This document shows positions 25,814 through 39,700 of a stretch of 64,000 nt of DNA, piece by piece (the stretch's first letter is position 1; each line of letters opens with the position of its first letter). The stretch lies in the NCBI RefSeq assembly GCF_006345805.1, contig NC_043004.1:22320001-22384000 (forward strand), read 5' to 3'. The notes beneath the pieces are model-generated. The model was not told the origin of the DNA, did not search any database, and saw only the letters and a program-made list of their open reading frames with translations. The position numbers and the translations under genes are program-made. The DNA comes from Octopus sinensis. Its lineage: Eukaryota.

Positions 25814-26158
25814 GTATGGCTCTCGAACGAGCGACTGATACTGTATGGACTCGGATGACAGGTTGCGTTTTCGCCAGTGAAGCGGATTTCAGACGCACGG
25901 GCGAGCAGGGGTAAAGCCGCCCTCGGATTTAGATTTCGGCAGAAGTAGAAAAACCACAACACTTTTTGTCCCATACTCTACAAATATTCAAACCGTCAAA
26001 TACGGTTGAAATAATAGTCAATGTGATATACTTTGTAATTGCTTTGGCTATATGTAGTTTTAGATAGGGTTTCAGATGTGATAATGAGCTTTTCCCTTGC
26101 TCATGGTCACTCTCAATCATGTTTATAGTTAGTTTGAAATAATTTATTGTAATATATA

Positions 26159-26449
26159 GGACCCCTCCTAGACACAAGTCCGGGCGAGTTTGTTTATGGA
26201 AGACCAGCAGTCGCCCATGCATACCAGCCTCCCCTCTCCACTCCACCAGTGTTATCCAAGGGAAAGACAAAGGTCGATACAGCTTGGCACTAATGACGTC
26301 GCAACTCATTTCTACAGCTGAGTGAACTGGAGCAACGTGAAATAAAGTGCCTTGCTCAAGAACGCAACACGCAGCCCGGTCCGGGATTTGAGCTCACAAC
26401 CTCACGATCGTAAGCTCGACGCTCTAACCACTGAGCCATGCGCCTTCAC
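26159..26449 (-). mobile_element. tRNA-derived SINE family C
   Basis: Reverse strand GGCGCATGGCTCAGTGGTTAGAGCG head followed by TTCTTGAGCAAGGCACTTTATTTC central domain. Confidence 0.85.
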
Positions 26450-27750
26450 ATATAACTGTATCTCTAATATAATGGTATTTATCTTCTCTTGTTATAAATG
26501 TTTTCACATGATTTAAATAATGTATTTGTATAGAGTAATACTCCATACAAAGGTAAAACACATACTTTATGTTAAGTTATGCTCAACTCCTTAATACAGA
26601 GTATATCTGAAAATTATTCGTTTTGAAATCATGAAGAATTAATGCAGTTTCAACATTGATGCATATTGATGATACTGGGATATTGCTCTAATCAATCCAT
26701 CACTTCGTCTCTCATTGCGGCCGCATCACCATTTCCAAAATCTCTAAAGCCCTCTTTTACACCACTTCGTAGGGTAAAATGTGACGGTACTTGATCTTAG
26801 AATGTATAAGGTTTGGAGAGAAAACGGCGATCTAACAATTCCGAAAACACTGAGTTAGTGTTTTCATTTATATATGAAAAGGACTGAAAAGCAAAGTTAG
26901 CCGCCGAGAGACTTACCCTCAAATGCCAAGAGTGAGAACAAATGCACCACTAGCCGACGTTCTAAAGACACACATCAGTTTGTCGATTTAAATTGTTAAT
27001 GTAGAGTATTGAGGTTAATTATTTACTAAAATATGGCTAAATATTCTATGATGTTTTCTCTAATGATAATAATACCTATAACAATAGGTTCCTCTCCAGT
27101 AACCGAAGGGAAAGTCGTTCTTCTATTAGATCAAACATATTAGTAAGATATCCACCCAATCCCAAAATTCTGTTTAACAAACACAGCACCATTTATTTTA
27201 AGTCAGTTCAACCAAATGTAACCTGGTATTAAACAACATCACCAACAACATGCTACATAAACTGGAAAATTATAGTTTTTTAGCTTAAATATATTTCATA
27301 TATTTTACAACTTATACATTCTTGAATAGTGCTTTGTTTGTCTGCTCCGTGTTTACAAACCCATAAGACTGAGGCTCGGTCTGTTTCCGTGGTGTTTACG
27401 GGATTGAGAATACAGGACGCTGCCCAACTTCACCAGAAAAGGATAGTGTCCGTTGAAGGTTTGGGGCCCAATGAGTGATCGTAAGCCCTATTTTTCATAA
27501 ACTAGTCGTCGTTGGCTTGAGAAACAGAATAACCAAACTACTGCACTTTATCGCCACTGCTACTGTTTGTGGTTTAGAACATTGGAAGATATATTATTTC
27601 AGTGACCGTTGTCACAGTCTAAGACACAAATACCAGGAATGAAGGGATATTTCAGACTTACGTCTGTCAGAGAGAGATAAGGAAGACAAGGAGGAAGTGA
27701 GACAGGTAGCGAGAGAAAGAGAGTGAGTGAGTGTGTGTGTGTGTGTGCGT

Positions 27751-27781
<31 letters not shown>

Positions 27782-27915
27782 TAACACAGATAACGTTAGA
27801 GTGGAGAGGGATGAAGGGTGCAGTAACATTAGGTATGCAATATAATCACCCTCACATTCTCTATCTCTCCATCCCTTTCTCTCTCTAGCTGTCTATCTGT
27901 GTGTGTCTGTATATG

Positions 27916-27946
<31 letters not shown>

Positions 27947-28000
27947 ACGCACCCAAACAAACTCTCTCTCCTCTCTCTCTCACATACGCGCGCACACACA

Positions 28001-28032
<32 letters not shown>

Positions 28033-28589
28033 TTCATACACAAAAGTACACTCGTAGCTCTACGGAACGATACGTTGATTAAGCAGCTTCACGTTTATCA
28101 GCCAGTCTATCATTTTGTTAATTGCTCAATTAAATCCTCATATATATGTTACGCTGCAATAAGACACATCCTTATCTCTTCCTTTTACCACAGAATTATA
28201 TTTCTTAAAGTGGGTGTATGAGCTAGATGAATCAGATAATGCATAACAATTATAGCAATCGTAAACATGTGAACTTGAAAAAAAAAAGTCTTCATTCAGG
28301 GGAGAGAACTGCAGAACGAATACGAGAGTTATTTACCTTTAACTATGTTTCTGTAAGACCCAACATCTGTAAAGGAACTTGTTAGATGCAACGATTAGAA
28401 CGCTGATCAAGATGATTAATATGTCCCAGCAGCTTGGAAATTAAACTCAGGAACGGAGAAAATGACACATTCAAACTGAAAAGTGTCTACATATATATTG
28501 TTGCTATGCATACATATTTATATCAATGTGTGTGTGTGTGTAAATGAATGGATTGATGGATGGATGGATATAAACATATGTATATGCTT

Positions 28590-28810
28590 TGGTCTTACCT
28601 TTTGTCCCGCCCCTCCACCGTTTGATAGCTAGTGTGGTTTTGTTCACGTCCCCATAGCCTAGCGATTCGGCAAAACTGACCCCCTCCTCCACGAAAAAAA
28701 AATGGGTGGATGGAAACTAAGTCCTGGAGTAGTTTTGTACTACGAAGTCTTCCGACGCGGTGCCCCTGCATGGCTGTAATCGATTGATGGAAGGAAGTGA
28801 AACATACAAG
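28590..28810 (+). mobile_element. Degenerate SINE family A 3' portion
   Basis: CACGTCCCCATAGCCTAGCGATTCGGCAAAA and AAGTCCTGG motifs. Confidence 0.5.
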
Positions 28811-29049
28811 ATACCTGGATCTATAATTATATGCACATATATATATACGTATGATATATATGTAATACACGCACACACACTCACACACATATATAGAAAG
28901 AGATAGAAGAGAGAGAAAGGGAGAGGAACCAAACAGACTGTTAAGTATATACAGGATGGGTGGGAAGTAAGTAGACATTAAGATTTGGTCATAAAATCCA
29001 TATTATTTTTACAAATTTATTGAAAGAAATTATACATGTTCTTTATTAC

Positions 29050-29700
29050 ATGGGAAAATGAAAATAAAACTTCATATTTCAACGTAAGCACTGGTGATGT
29101 CAATCAGTATCATCAAACGGCCAGGGATGGAATGAAGAACCCCCTGAAGGACGTCGTCTGGGATATCATTGAGAACCTCCTAAATATGTGTTACAAGGAC
29201 CTCCAGTGTGCAAGATTTTGTCTTACACATCTCCTTTACGTAACCCCACAGGTAAAAATTACATGGGGTGAGACTGAACTTCTTGGCCTTCTGGACTTCT
29301 ACGGTCACAGTCTTCAACTTTTAGCTCCTGAACATAATGGGGTTTCCACGGACGAAATTTCAATTCTTTATGCTACAACATACGTATCATGTGTTTCTTT
29401 GTCCACCTTCACGAGATGCTTGACGTGTTTATTTTTGCGGATTGCGATTACATATTTGCTGCATTGTTGTTACGTTCTCTGCTGATCGGCCTGCGATTGG
29501 ACAGACACTTCTTGCATCTTTCACGGAGCCACTGGTCATCAGCTTTGCATGACAAATTTTTATTGTCTCCCGTCGTAGTATTGCATGCCTACATGTCAAT
29601 CTCTAAATCAAAACAATGGAATTCCACAGTTCATAGATTGCTGCTATCTTAGCTCGCTCCTGAACAGTCAAGCGACAGGCCATCAGGAAGATACGAATTA
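29050..29700 (-). mobile_element. Degraded Tc1/mariner-superfamily transposase
   Basis: Minus frame LTPCNFYLWGYVKEM...TLEVL...IPDDVL matches the SPDLTPCDFYLWGYVK motif. Confidence 0.7.
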
Positions 29701-29849
29701 AGGAAAAAGACAATAAGAAAATAAGAAATCCCCATTAGTTTTGACTGTTTAAAAAATGTTTTCGTCATGATTTCATTGATACTAAAAATTATATAAGCAG
29801 TTTCTAATATGCCTAGTTACTTTCTATCCCGCTCTCGCTCTCTCTCTCT

Positions 29850-30251
<402 letters not shown>

Positions 30252-30689
30252 GAATAGGGAGCTTACTTTGGACATCTTTCAGCCAGTTTGGCGTATAAAC
30301 AAGGCACTTATATCACGTGAGTGCGACCGATACTATCTATGCATATACACGCAACCACACATACACACACACATGTATATATCATTTTGTATTTGGGTAT
30401 ACACTTTGTAGTATGGCGTTTAAAACTCATTCACAGTATTCTGTGCTGCAACAGTACGGAGGTATATGCCACAAGATTTACTTCAAAAATTCATTTCTCT
30501 GTAGATTTTATAAAAACAGGAGAGAACGAAAATGAAATTCACGCGGTACTTTTACGTGTGCGTGTGCGTGTGCGTGGGTGTGTATGTGTGTCTGTGTGTG
30601 TGTGCGCGCGTGCGTGTGCCTCTGTATATGTCCTTAATCTTTAATCCTTTACTCTTTTTGGTCATGCTGCAGCATTGCATTTCAGCGTC

Positions 30690-31710
30690 TGTTTTGAACT
30701 GCTTCTGTGAAGTGTGCGTTGGACGGAGCTGCTCTTCTTTGTGACTCCTGCCGCAATGGGAGTTCACCTCATATCTCAGTTAAAAATTTTTGCAAACGCT
30801 CTTTGAAAACCCCTTCATCTACATCTTGCAAATCTCTGAGGCTGTTTGTCAGAATGTTAACCGTTTGTGGGTCGATATTTGAGTGCTTAAAACCTCTCAG
30901 CATTGAACTGCTTGTTATATTCATCAGCCCACGTGTGTTATGTATTCGGCGTTTTGAAATCTTAGTACATCATCAGTGTCCTTGACTGAAATGCTTTTGT
31001 ATCAGCAGCATAGCTGGTGAGAGTGGCTGACTGTATGGCAGAGGTCATATCTGAGAGATCCACCACAAACAGTAGTTCTCCTAGTACAGTTCCTTGAGGG
31101 ACTACACCGAAAGAGCACCATTGGCTGCAACTGCCTGGCTTCTGCCTTTTATAAAGTCATGCAGCTATTCATTTAGTTTTTCAGAAATATCAAGGTCACA
31201 CAGTTTATGACATATCATTCCATGATAAACTTTGTCAAAGGCCTCGACAAAGTCGAGAGATATTACATCCAAATTTAAGTAGTTAAGCTCCTGTTTTAAT
31301 TCCCTGTCATAACGCTGTAGTAGCTGTGTAAGGCAGCTCCACCTTGGACGGAAGCCATGTTGTGTATCTGTGAGCAAGTTATTTTCTTCCAGAAATGGAT
31401 CATTCACCTTCTAACAATGCGTTTCATAGCCTTGCTAACATGTGAAGTCTGAGAGATGGGCCTGTAAGTTTTAGCATCTGTTTTGCTTCCTGCTTTATAA
31501 ACAGAGTTTATTATACAGTCTTTTATCTTGCGAATGTTTATGAAAATCTGGAAAAGTATTTGTGAGAGCTTTGTTGCATGTCCTTAAAAAGACAGCCAGA
31601 AATCCATTTCGGAGCTTAGTTGATTCCAGTTCATCTCATCATTGTCCGATATTACATCTACCTCTTTTATGTCAACCACTTTAATGTATATTCGACGGTT
31701 GTCTCTTTCC
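30690..31710 (-). mobile_element. CR1-like LINE reverse transcriptase fragment
   Basis: QHGFRPRWSCLTQLL...DVISLDFVEAFDKVYHG. Confidence 0.85.
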
Positions 31711-31726
31711 CATGTGGAGCTGCAGT

Positions 31727-32133
31727 ACTGAAAACCTCTTCAGTCGAAAAGGAGTAATGTTTCATCAGGACAATGTGCGACTTCACACTGCAAAGATCCC
31801 ATAACAGAAGATCGAAGAGCTTGGTTGGGGAAAAATTCCTCATCCACCTTATTCTCTCGACCTTGCTCCTTCAGAATACCATTTGTTTCGTAGTTTACAG
31901 AATCATTTGGTGGACATAACTTTCGCAAGCCAGGAGGAGATAGAACCTGAAATTTCAGAGTTCTTCGCTTTGAAACCAAAAGAATTTTATATTGATGGGA
32001 TTAAAGAGCTTGTAAATAGATGGAAGGAAGTCATAGATAATCAGGGAAAGTACATTGATGATTAAATTCAATATAACATTTGATCACTTGTTTTCTTTAT
32101 TCAAACTTCAGACAGAACTTATGTGATGACCTG
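31727..32133 (+). mobile_element. Mariner 3' fragment with right end
   Basis: FHQDNVRLHTAK, PHPPYSLDLAPSEYHLFRSLQNHL, LVNRWKEVIDNQGKY. Confidence 0.9.
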
Positions 32134-32424
32134 ATAATACACCAGTTTGTTGTTCATACACCTGTCTTCATCTTGTGTTTTACTAGAAATTCCAATTATA
32201 CACACACACACACATACACACACACGCACGCACACACACACACACACACACACACAATGTATAATCACCGTCGATGGCATTTAATATGTCCCACTGATAA
32301 ACTAGTTTTCAAATTCCTCAGGCAAAAAAAGGCTGGTTCTTTAGAAGAGAAAAATGTTTCCACGTTGTCTTTGCTTCTCAATGATCTACCATTAGTAAAA
32401 TACTCAAGTAGCTGGATTAAATGA

Positions 32425-32860
32425 GAAATAGTCTACGCCAACAATAAATGTACAAAGCTCAGGCTTCAAATAATTGCAACACGGTAAAGCAGAACGTTAT
32501 CAGAGACTTGAAAAGGTCTATCAAGTTTTACTTAAATAACAACCAGCTTTAATCAAAAGAGATGCATTTATCCTGCAACATGAAAACGCAATACTTCATT
32601 TAGCGGAAATAACCCAAGAAAAAAGAGGAATTCCTTAGGCTTTGATACTCTAAATCACCTCCCTATTTACGAGGACTAACCCCATCAGATCTTCACATAT
32701 TCAGGTGACCTGAATAATTTAAGAACATTTAGAAGTAGAGACGATGTCGAAGTGACACTCCAAACAATCGCTTTATCCCGAAGCATCAGAAAATTTGTAT
32801 CCATATGGGAAAATGTCATTGCTAATGAGGTTTCATATATTTTGAATACATAAATTTCTT
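32425..32860 (+). mobile_element. Older degraded mariner 3' fragment
   Basis: Remnants of ILQHENA..H and L.PSDLHIF motifs. Confidence 0.55.
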
Positions 32861-32913
32861 CTTCTTCTTCTTCTTCTTCTTCTCTTCTTCTTCTTCTTCT
32901 TCTTCTTCTCTTT

Positions 32914-33193
32914 CAAGAACTCACAACGACCTCGAACCCACAAGAGTAAACAAGAACGACAGAGAGAGACAGAAACAAGGAAAATGCCCCTTGTATTTGA
33001 ACACTATGCAAATATTCTTTTAAAAAAAACTTTTCTTTTAATTTTTCCAAAATTTAATTATTTTCCATACTTTCAGTTGAAAAAGTTTCAATGACTGAAA
33101 CCGGTACTGAAATGATTTTTATAAAATTATTTTAGCGTTTCCTATCTTGACTTTTTTCCATATATATCAACTCGTGTGTTCCTTTTCAACCTT

Positions 33194-33194
<1 letters not shown>
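32914..33194 (+). mobile_element. Penelope-LTR-like element with degenerate hammerhead motif (33071-33112)
   Basis: TTTCAG-TTGAAAA-AGT(TTCAATG)ACT-GAAAC-CG-GTA-CTGAAA. Confidence 0.5.
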
Positions 33195-33225
<31 letters not shown>

Positions 33226-33229
<4 letters not shown>

Positions 33230-33392
33230 CCTCTGTCTTCCCTTCTCTGGATTTTTCCTTCTCCTATGATTCCGACGACGAGCTCCGCTCGAAACGTTAA
33301 ATCCTCCTTCTTTCCTGAGCGTCCAATAATACTATATTTGTTCCACGTTCTCGCGTTGTTGTGTTTTTTTGTGCTTTCTTGTTTGGATTAAC
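33226..33392 (+). mobile_element. Second copy of the 22087 hammerhead-bearing element
   Basis: CCGACGACGAGCTCCGCTCGAAACGTT; (TA)n both sides. Confidence 0.8.
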
Positions 33393-34762
33393 TATATATA
33401 TATAAATCGAGAGAAAGACAAGAAGAGATGGATATACGAAGCGCGAGAGTAGACATACATTTGTATACTTTTTCTGGTATAAGTTGCGTGTGTGTGTGCA
33501 AGCTTTGAAAACCAGGTAAAACAGAAATGTGTAGGATAGAAAGATATGAACCATCGAAATCTCTAGTCCACCAAGGTAATCAGGAATCGGTAAGAAATAT
33601 TTCAACAAGGAAATGAATGCTATAAGCAAGTGGGATAAGGGAGGTAGCAAGACAGAGAGAAAACAGAGTTGGAAAGCATTCGAATAGCTGAAGATTGCAA
33701 TATATATGTGTGTGCATTTATATGCATACACATATACATGTGGACACACACACATACATATACATACATATGCACACACACACACACACACATATATATA
33801 TGTATATATATACATGAGTGTATATATATATTTATACATTAATATATATTCATATATATATATACATATATATATACATATATATACATATACACACACA
33901 CACACACCACACACACACACACACATATAATATATATATATATATATATATAAAGGCTATTTCTTCAACATGTTATTTTCAGGTGCTTCAGGTTATCTTT
34001 CTGTGTTGTAGTTCGCTAAATTATGGAAGATTCTTTTAGCTTTGAAACTTTAAAGGTAATTCCTCGAGCGACAGATAAGAAAGCGGTGGTTAATGTAATT
34101 TATATGGAGATTAGTATAAATCATGAGTAATGGGAAGCTGGTTATGAAGTAGAAGAGGGTAAACTCTCGTAATAAATTCCTGGCTATATTTAGATCGGTA
34201 GTTTTATTTTCTTCAATATGAATTCATATTCTGCCGATGTGAGCTATGTTTCCATTCCTGTGAGGTTCAAAATCGTATTTCCGATCACAGTGTCTTTGTG
34301 ACAAAATTGGAAATTATTATTCGTCACTTCACGTTAGTTCTTGTTATTAAATATGTCGTCGTTCGATTCTTTATAGAATTATTTGTTTTATGTCACTTTA
34401 TATGGTGTGTACTGTGGTTAATTGCAGGTTTTCAGTGAACCACTCACTAGCTGTCGGTAACAATAATGGTTCGACCGGTGCAAATGTGACAATGGGCTAA
34501 GTTAAAATACGCCACCTAATCAATTTCCCCACCGAGTTTAAGTCCATTGTTATGTTGCATTCTATGTCAGTCTCAACTTTTTGTTTTCTGTTCACCTTCA
34601 TTAGTACTTCATGCTTTTAACACTCGTTCAGGCTAAAATATCATGCTTTTACTTCATATTTGTCTATATTAGCACAATTGTATATGTGCTTTTGGATGTC
34701 TTCTAAAGAGAGAAAGAGAGACAAACAGACAGACACAGACAGAGACAGAGAGACAGAGAGAC

Positions 34763-34819
<57 letters not shown>

Positions 34820-34919
34820 GAGAGAGAGAAGTAAACATCAAAAATAGTTTGCACTAAACAAAACTCCAAGAGCCATTTCATAATGTATTAAGCTCTTCTG
34901 TTGCTAACTAAATCTGTCA

Positions 34920-36150
34920 CAATGTTGGAAAACATTCATCTTCAGTAGGTGTGTCTGGGTCACAACTGTTTTGTCCATTAGCCTTCCGCTTTGCCTTTGC
35001 TGACAGAATCGTTTCATCGGTGCACATTTGCTATGGTTGTCTCTCTAGTGGTTTTTTCGGGTATTCTAAACCAAATTTCTGCAAGAAACACTGCAATGAT
35101 ATTGCCGGTAAACTGAGACAGGTGACTTCAATGAGAAAATAGGGTTTTTACCAATCCGCTGATAAGAGTCTCGACAACTAAGTCCAGGCCTTCAGCCAAT
35201 GCCATTTGCAATCTACTGTTGATGGCAAATTCAATCATGGTTTCCTCAGAAACACGCTGGTGTTCTTGTTCTCTAGATATGTTGAACAAATAGGTTCTGG
35301 ATTCTGTAGTTAAACTGCTTTCTCTTGTTCTGCTCCAATTAAGTAGCGGTTTTGAAATACTTAAGATACTCTTTTTAATGTCTGGTACTTTGCGTCAGTG
35401 TTGTTGCTCTTTGCACATAAATAAATAAATGAATGCGCCCTTTTAAAGCCTAGCCAGTCTCATGGGCCTAGTTTCCCGGTTTCTATGGCGTATGTGTTCC
35501 CCAGCTGGACGGGACGCCAGTCCATCGCAGCGTTACTCATTTTTGCCAGCTGCGTGGACTGTAGCAACGTGAAATGAAGTGTTTTGCTCAAGAACACAAC
35601 GCGTCGCCCGGTCCAGGAATCGAAACGACAAGTTACGATCATGATGCTGACACCCTAACCACTAAGCCACGCACCTCCACTCTTTGCACATAAACTTACC
35701 TAAAAGGATCTTCATGCCACTTTCAGCCTTAAATATTCAATCACAGATTTTTTATTTTCTTCTTGGTTCACCCACCAAGCTTCTTACATCCAATTTCGTA
35801 ACGCCAATATCGTTGTTCAAAGCATTGGACCTTTAATCCGAACTGCATGGCAAAGGTTATTGTTCAAACTCTTTTATGATAACAGACAACTAACATATCT
35901 ATCAATCTAGCTTTCAGTTTTTCTTCACACACAAACATAAGCCAAAAATTGCTCAACATCTTGCCTAATAGGGGCCCACGGGCAGATAAACTGCATTTTT
36001 TAAGCACTTTCGCAGCGTTAAGGCTCGTAACTTGAAGTATATCCTGTCGCTTTCCCCCAAATCTGCAACAAACATTAATCAGGCTACTCGAATTGCTGTT
36101 GACTGAAAAAATTCCGACGCTGACTATGGGTTCTATCTTTGTTTTACTCC
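34920..36150 (-). other. Degraded coding-like sequence, probably an unclassified DNA transposon relic, interrupted by a SINE
   Basis: Complex sequence with short broken frames; no diagnostic motif recognised. Confidence 0.25.
35422..35679 (-). mobile_element. SINE family D with 15-bp target site duplication
   Basis: CTCTTTGCACATAAA at 35407-35421 and 35680-35694. Confidence 0.9.
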
Positions 36151-36666
36151 ATTTCCCGACAATAAAATATTGACACTACTTATGCATTATAAGTGGCGTA
36201 TAATATTTCATGAAAACCTTTTTGTCCAATTTGATAGCGAAAATGAGAAGAACATTAAAATTGTTGTCGGCGCCCTATTGTTTATATCACCATCTCGCGC
36301 ACCACCAGGCCATGTGTGTGTGTGTTGTGTTGTGTGTGTGTGTGCGTGTGCGTGTGCGTGTGCGTGTGCGTGCGCGCGCGGATGGATAAAGGCACAACAA
36401 AGGCATTCATCCATTCTCCAGAAGTGCCCTGTTGATGTCACACGTTTCCAATCCTGCACAACGTAGCAGGGCCCGGCAACATAGCTGCTTTGGGTGCCAT
36501 GCATGTCTGAACTATATAATTCAAAATGGTCATACACACAAAAAAGAAAACTGCTATCGTGACTCACAGCCATTTGAGTTGGACCGCGTGACTACTTTCG
36601 GAAGCTACGCCTGCCACTTGCATTTAACACCGTGTTCCCTTCCCAGATTAGTCGGACGAGTAAATA

Positions 36667-37617
36667 CAGAGTGTCCCACAATTAATGGTGATTTGAGTGA
36701 AACCAGATGCATTTTTTTAAAAACTGTTATTTATGTTTATCATAAATTTTGAATTTTAATTTTATTTTCATTCCTGTTGGACCCCTCTTATTTGTCCATG
36801 TTCAGTTTGGTAGCAATCATTTTCTTTATCTCCATCCCCAAGATGGAACAACCGTTTAGCCGAGCTTAAAGAACACATTCAGTTAACAATGCAGGAGCTA
36901 TCTCGAGAAATGCTTCCAAATGAATTTCACAACGCTAACGAGAGATTTGAAGTACGCAGGGATATAAACTTGTTGAAAATCTATATATATAAAACTGTAG
37001 TTGTGTGAGTGCCTGTCCCCTTCGATTTAGATTCCTAACTACTCCCACATTTTGCGGTGCAGTTTAACCAAATTCGGGTATCTTATAGTCGTGATTCATA
37101 TCGAGCCCGTCTGAATATTAGCGCGCGTCTACGATGAGTCTACGATTTTAAAAATAATTTAACATCATTTTTTATTCCATTTTAATGCATAATTTTTCGC
37201 GTGTCGATGGCGGTGGAGTTGTCGTCCATGGTCACACCTGCACCTGTTTGCTTCTCCCCCTTCTTCCCTCCCTCGTGAAGCTATGGGGAAGGGAGTGTAA
37301 GGAAATCAACGTCGTAAAGCGTTGTCAAGGAGACCAGCGTTCTTTTAGAACAACGACTTCATGGCTTGAAGACACCAAAACAGAAATGGCTAAGAAAGCC
37401 CGAATTGGCATCTATAAGTAAAGTAACTCTCTAAAAATGCTTATATAGTTATTTCCCTTACAAACCCGAGCAACGCCGGGCGATACTGCTAGTTTTCAAT
37501 AAAATTTGACGTAAGATTTGTAAATCTATTTGTTTTGGTAATAAACATAAAATAATGTCGATCTTTTAAAATTTACTCAATTTTATTGAAACAGATAGTT
37601 AATTCTGGAACACCCTG
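36667..37617 (+). mobile_element. Deleted Tc1/mariner-like element with TIR-like ends, interrupted by a Helitron
   Basis: CAGAGTGTCCCACAATTAA left versus TTAATTCTGGAACACCCTG right. Confidence 0.55.
36980..37492 (+). mobile_element. Non-autonomous Helitron
   Basis: A/TC start, CCCGAGCAACGCCGGG hairpin, CTAG/T end. Confidence 0.9.
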
Positions 37618-37753
37618 CTTGGTGTAGCGTTGTGAGTTGTTGCGTTGGTCGAGTAAATATTAAAATCAAAGGTCTTATCGACATAAGCATTCCATCTTTT
37701 TGTTAATCATATTGTATCAAAGAGTATATTATTCAAAATGCATCTCTCTTTTA

Positions 37754-37876
37754 TAGGCGTGGATGTGTGGTTGAGAACCTTGCTTTCCGAACCATGTCGC
37801 CTTGGGTTCAGTTCCACTGTACGGCACGTTGGGTAATCCTCTTTCATTACAGCTCCGTGACAACCAAAGCCTTGTG
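37754..37876 (+). mobile_element. Diverged SINE family A head
   Basis: GGCGTGGATGTGTGGTTGAGAACCTTGCTTTCC...CAACCAAAGCCTTGTG. Confidence 0.6.
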
Positions 37877-38043
37877 TATTATATAATTGCCATTACTGTA
37901 TTAATATATAAAATAACACATACAACTCACCCATTATTGTCATATAATAAACAAATAGAAGTTCAGTAAGAAAATTGATGGTTTTTTTCTACTTCAATTA
38001 TTACATGATTTTTTTCTTCTAAAATACATACATACAGGAGGAG

Positions 38044-38123
<80 letters not shown>

Positions 38124-38194
38124 CACTTTGAATCTGAGAAGCAAGCTTCTTACCATACACCCACATACATTTATATTGAAATCGTAATCTGTCT

Positions 38195-38680
38195 ACATCA
38201 GTTTCACCCTTATCAAACTGTAAGAAAATTTCGCACTATCAAGGAACTTGTATTCATCGGGTATATTATAACCAAATCGACTCTAAGGCATTGGAGGGGC
38301 ACTTACTTTTGCTTGACACCAGTTCCTTATATTGCGACTTACCCACGAAGTTGAAGGCATGTGAGCAATTAAATTTCCGTCAAGCTTTTCACAAGCAGTA
38401 GCAATTAATGAACGAGAAGATTCTTGAGAATCAGCTGCTTGTACCTTTAGGTCAGCTAAACTTTCGCGAACTTTGGGTTTTGAAGCACACAGACTATGAA
38501 GATGTTCACCAACGTGCTTAATTATGGTATAATCTTCATTGTGCCATGGTGTGGCCTAGAGCTTTCCAGCAATTCTTGGATCAATCGGCATTTTGTTTCT
38601 GTGCTTCATATATGTAAATCATATCATCCACAAGTTTCTTCTTTCTGCAGATACTGTTAAAAAGGTGAGGCATGGTGTTT
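38195..38680 (-). mobile_element. FLYWCH-type MULE (Mutator-like) transposase relic
   Basis: Minus frame HLHSLCASKPKVRESLADLKVQA...SRNIRNW...APPMP*..IPDEYKFLDS..FLQFD. Confidence 0.55.
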
Positions 38681-39099
38681 GTATATTTCCTTTTTAAGTA
38701 ATTTTTATATTCTGGTAAAATGGATAAATAATTTAACGAAGTATTTAGTCGAATACACTAGGTTACACGGCTCATCAATCAGCTCCTGTTTAAATCGACA
38801 GTTCTTTATTTATAGCAAATGTAACTGTCCACTTTTAATCATATGGGAGTAGTTGGAATCCTTCCATTAAAAGTAATGAATGAGGTAGGGATGGATCACG
38901 ATTAAACCTGTAAACTCTTCAAGTAAAACACCCGAATGGATGACTCAAAAGATAATTTCGCTTAACTAAATTACTCTGTAAATCCTCATTATCAACAACA
39001 ACAACAACAACAATAATAATTATGAATTTCAACGCTTTATTTATTTTTTCAAAATACCAAGAGTGGAATTACCAGGTGTCAAATTACCTAGAACCACAC

Positions 39100-39107
39100 C
39101 ACACACA

Positions 39108-39142
<35 letters not shown>

Positions 39143-39157
39143 ATATATATATGTATG

Positions 39158-39206
<49 letters not shown>

Positions 39207-39211
39207 GTATG

Positions 39212-39251
<40 letters not shown>

Positions 39252-39700
39252 TATGTATGTACGTATATATATATATATGTATGTATGTATATATATATAT
39301 ATATGTATATATGTATATATATATATGTATATATATATGTATTATATATATATATATGCATGTATGTATATATATATATGTATGTATATATATATATATA
39401 TGTATGTATATATATATGTATGTATATATATATATATGTGTATGTATGTATATACATATATATGTATGTATGTATATACATATATATGTATGTATGTATG
39501 TATATACATATATAGTATGTATATATATATATATGTATATATATGTATGTATGTATATATGTATATATATATATATATATATACGTATGTTATATATATA
39601 TATATATATATATATACGTATGTATACATAGATATATGTGTGTAAGTATATATATAAACATGTGCATAAATAAATATATATGTGTATATATACATACATA
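39100..39700. repeat. Roughly 600-bp (TA)n/(TATG)n microsatellite
   Basis: Visible tract. Confidence 0.95.

Noticed and set aside
26300-26449. SINE heads as true tRNA genes (also 13060-13165, 35560-35679, 46285-46360)
   Set aside because: A/B-box-like heads continue into SINE bodies and tails and do not give convincing cloverleaves
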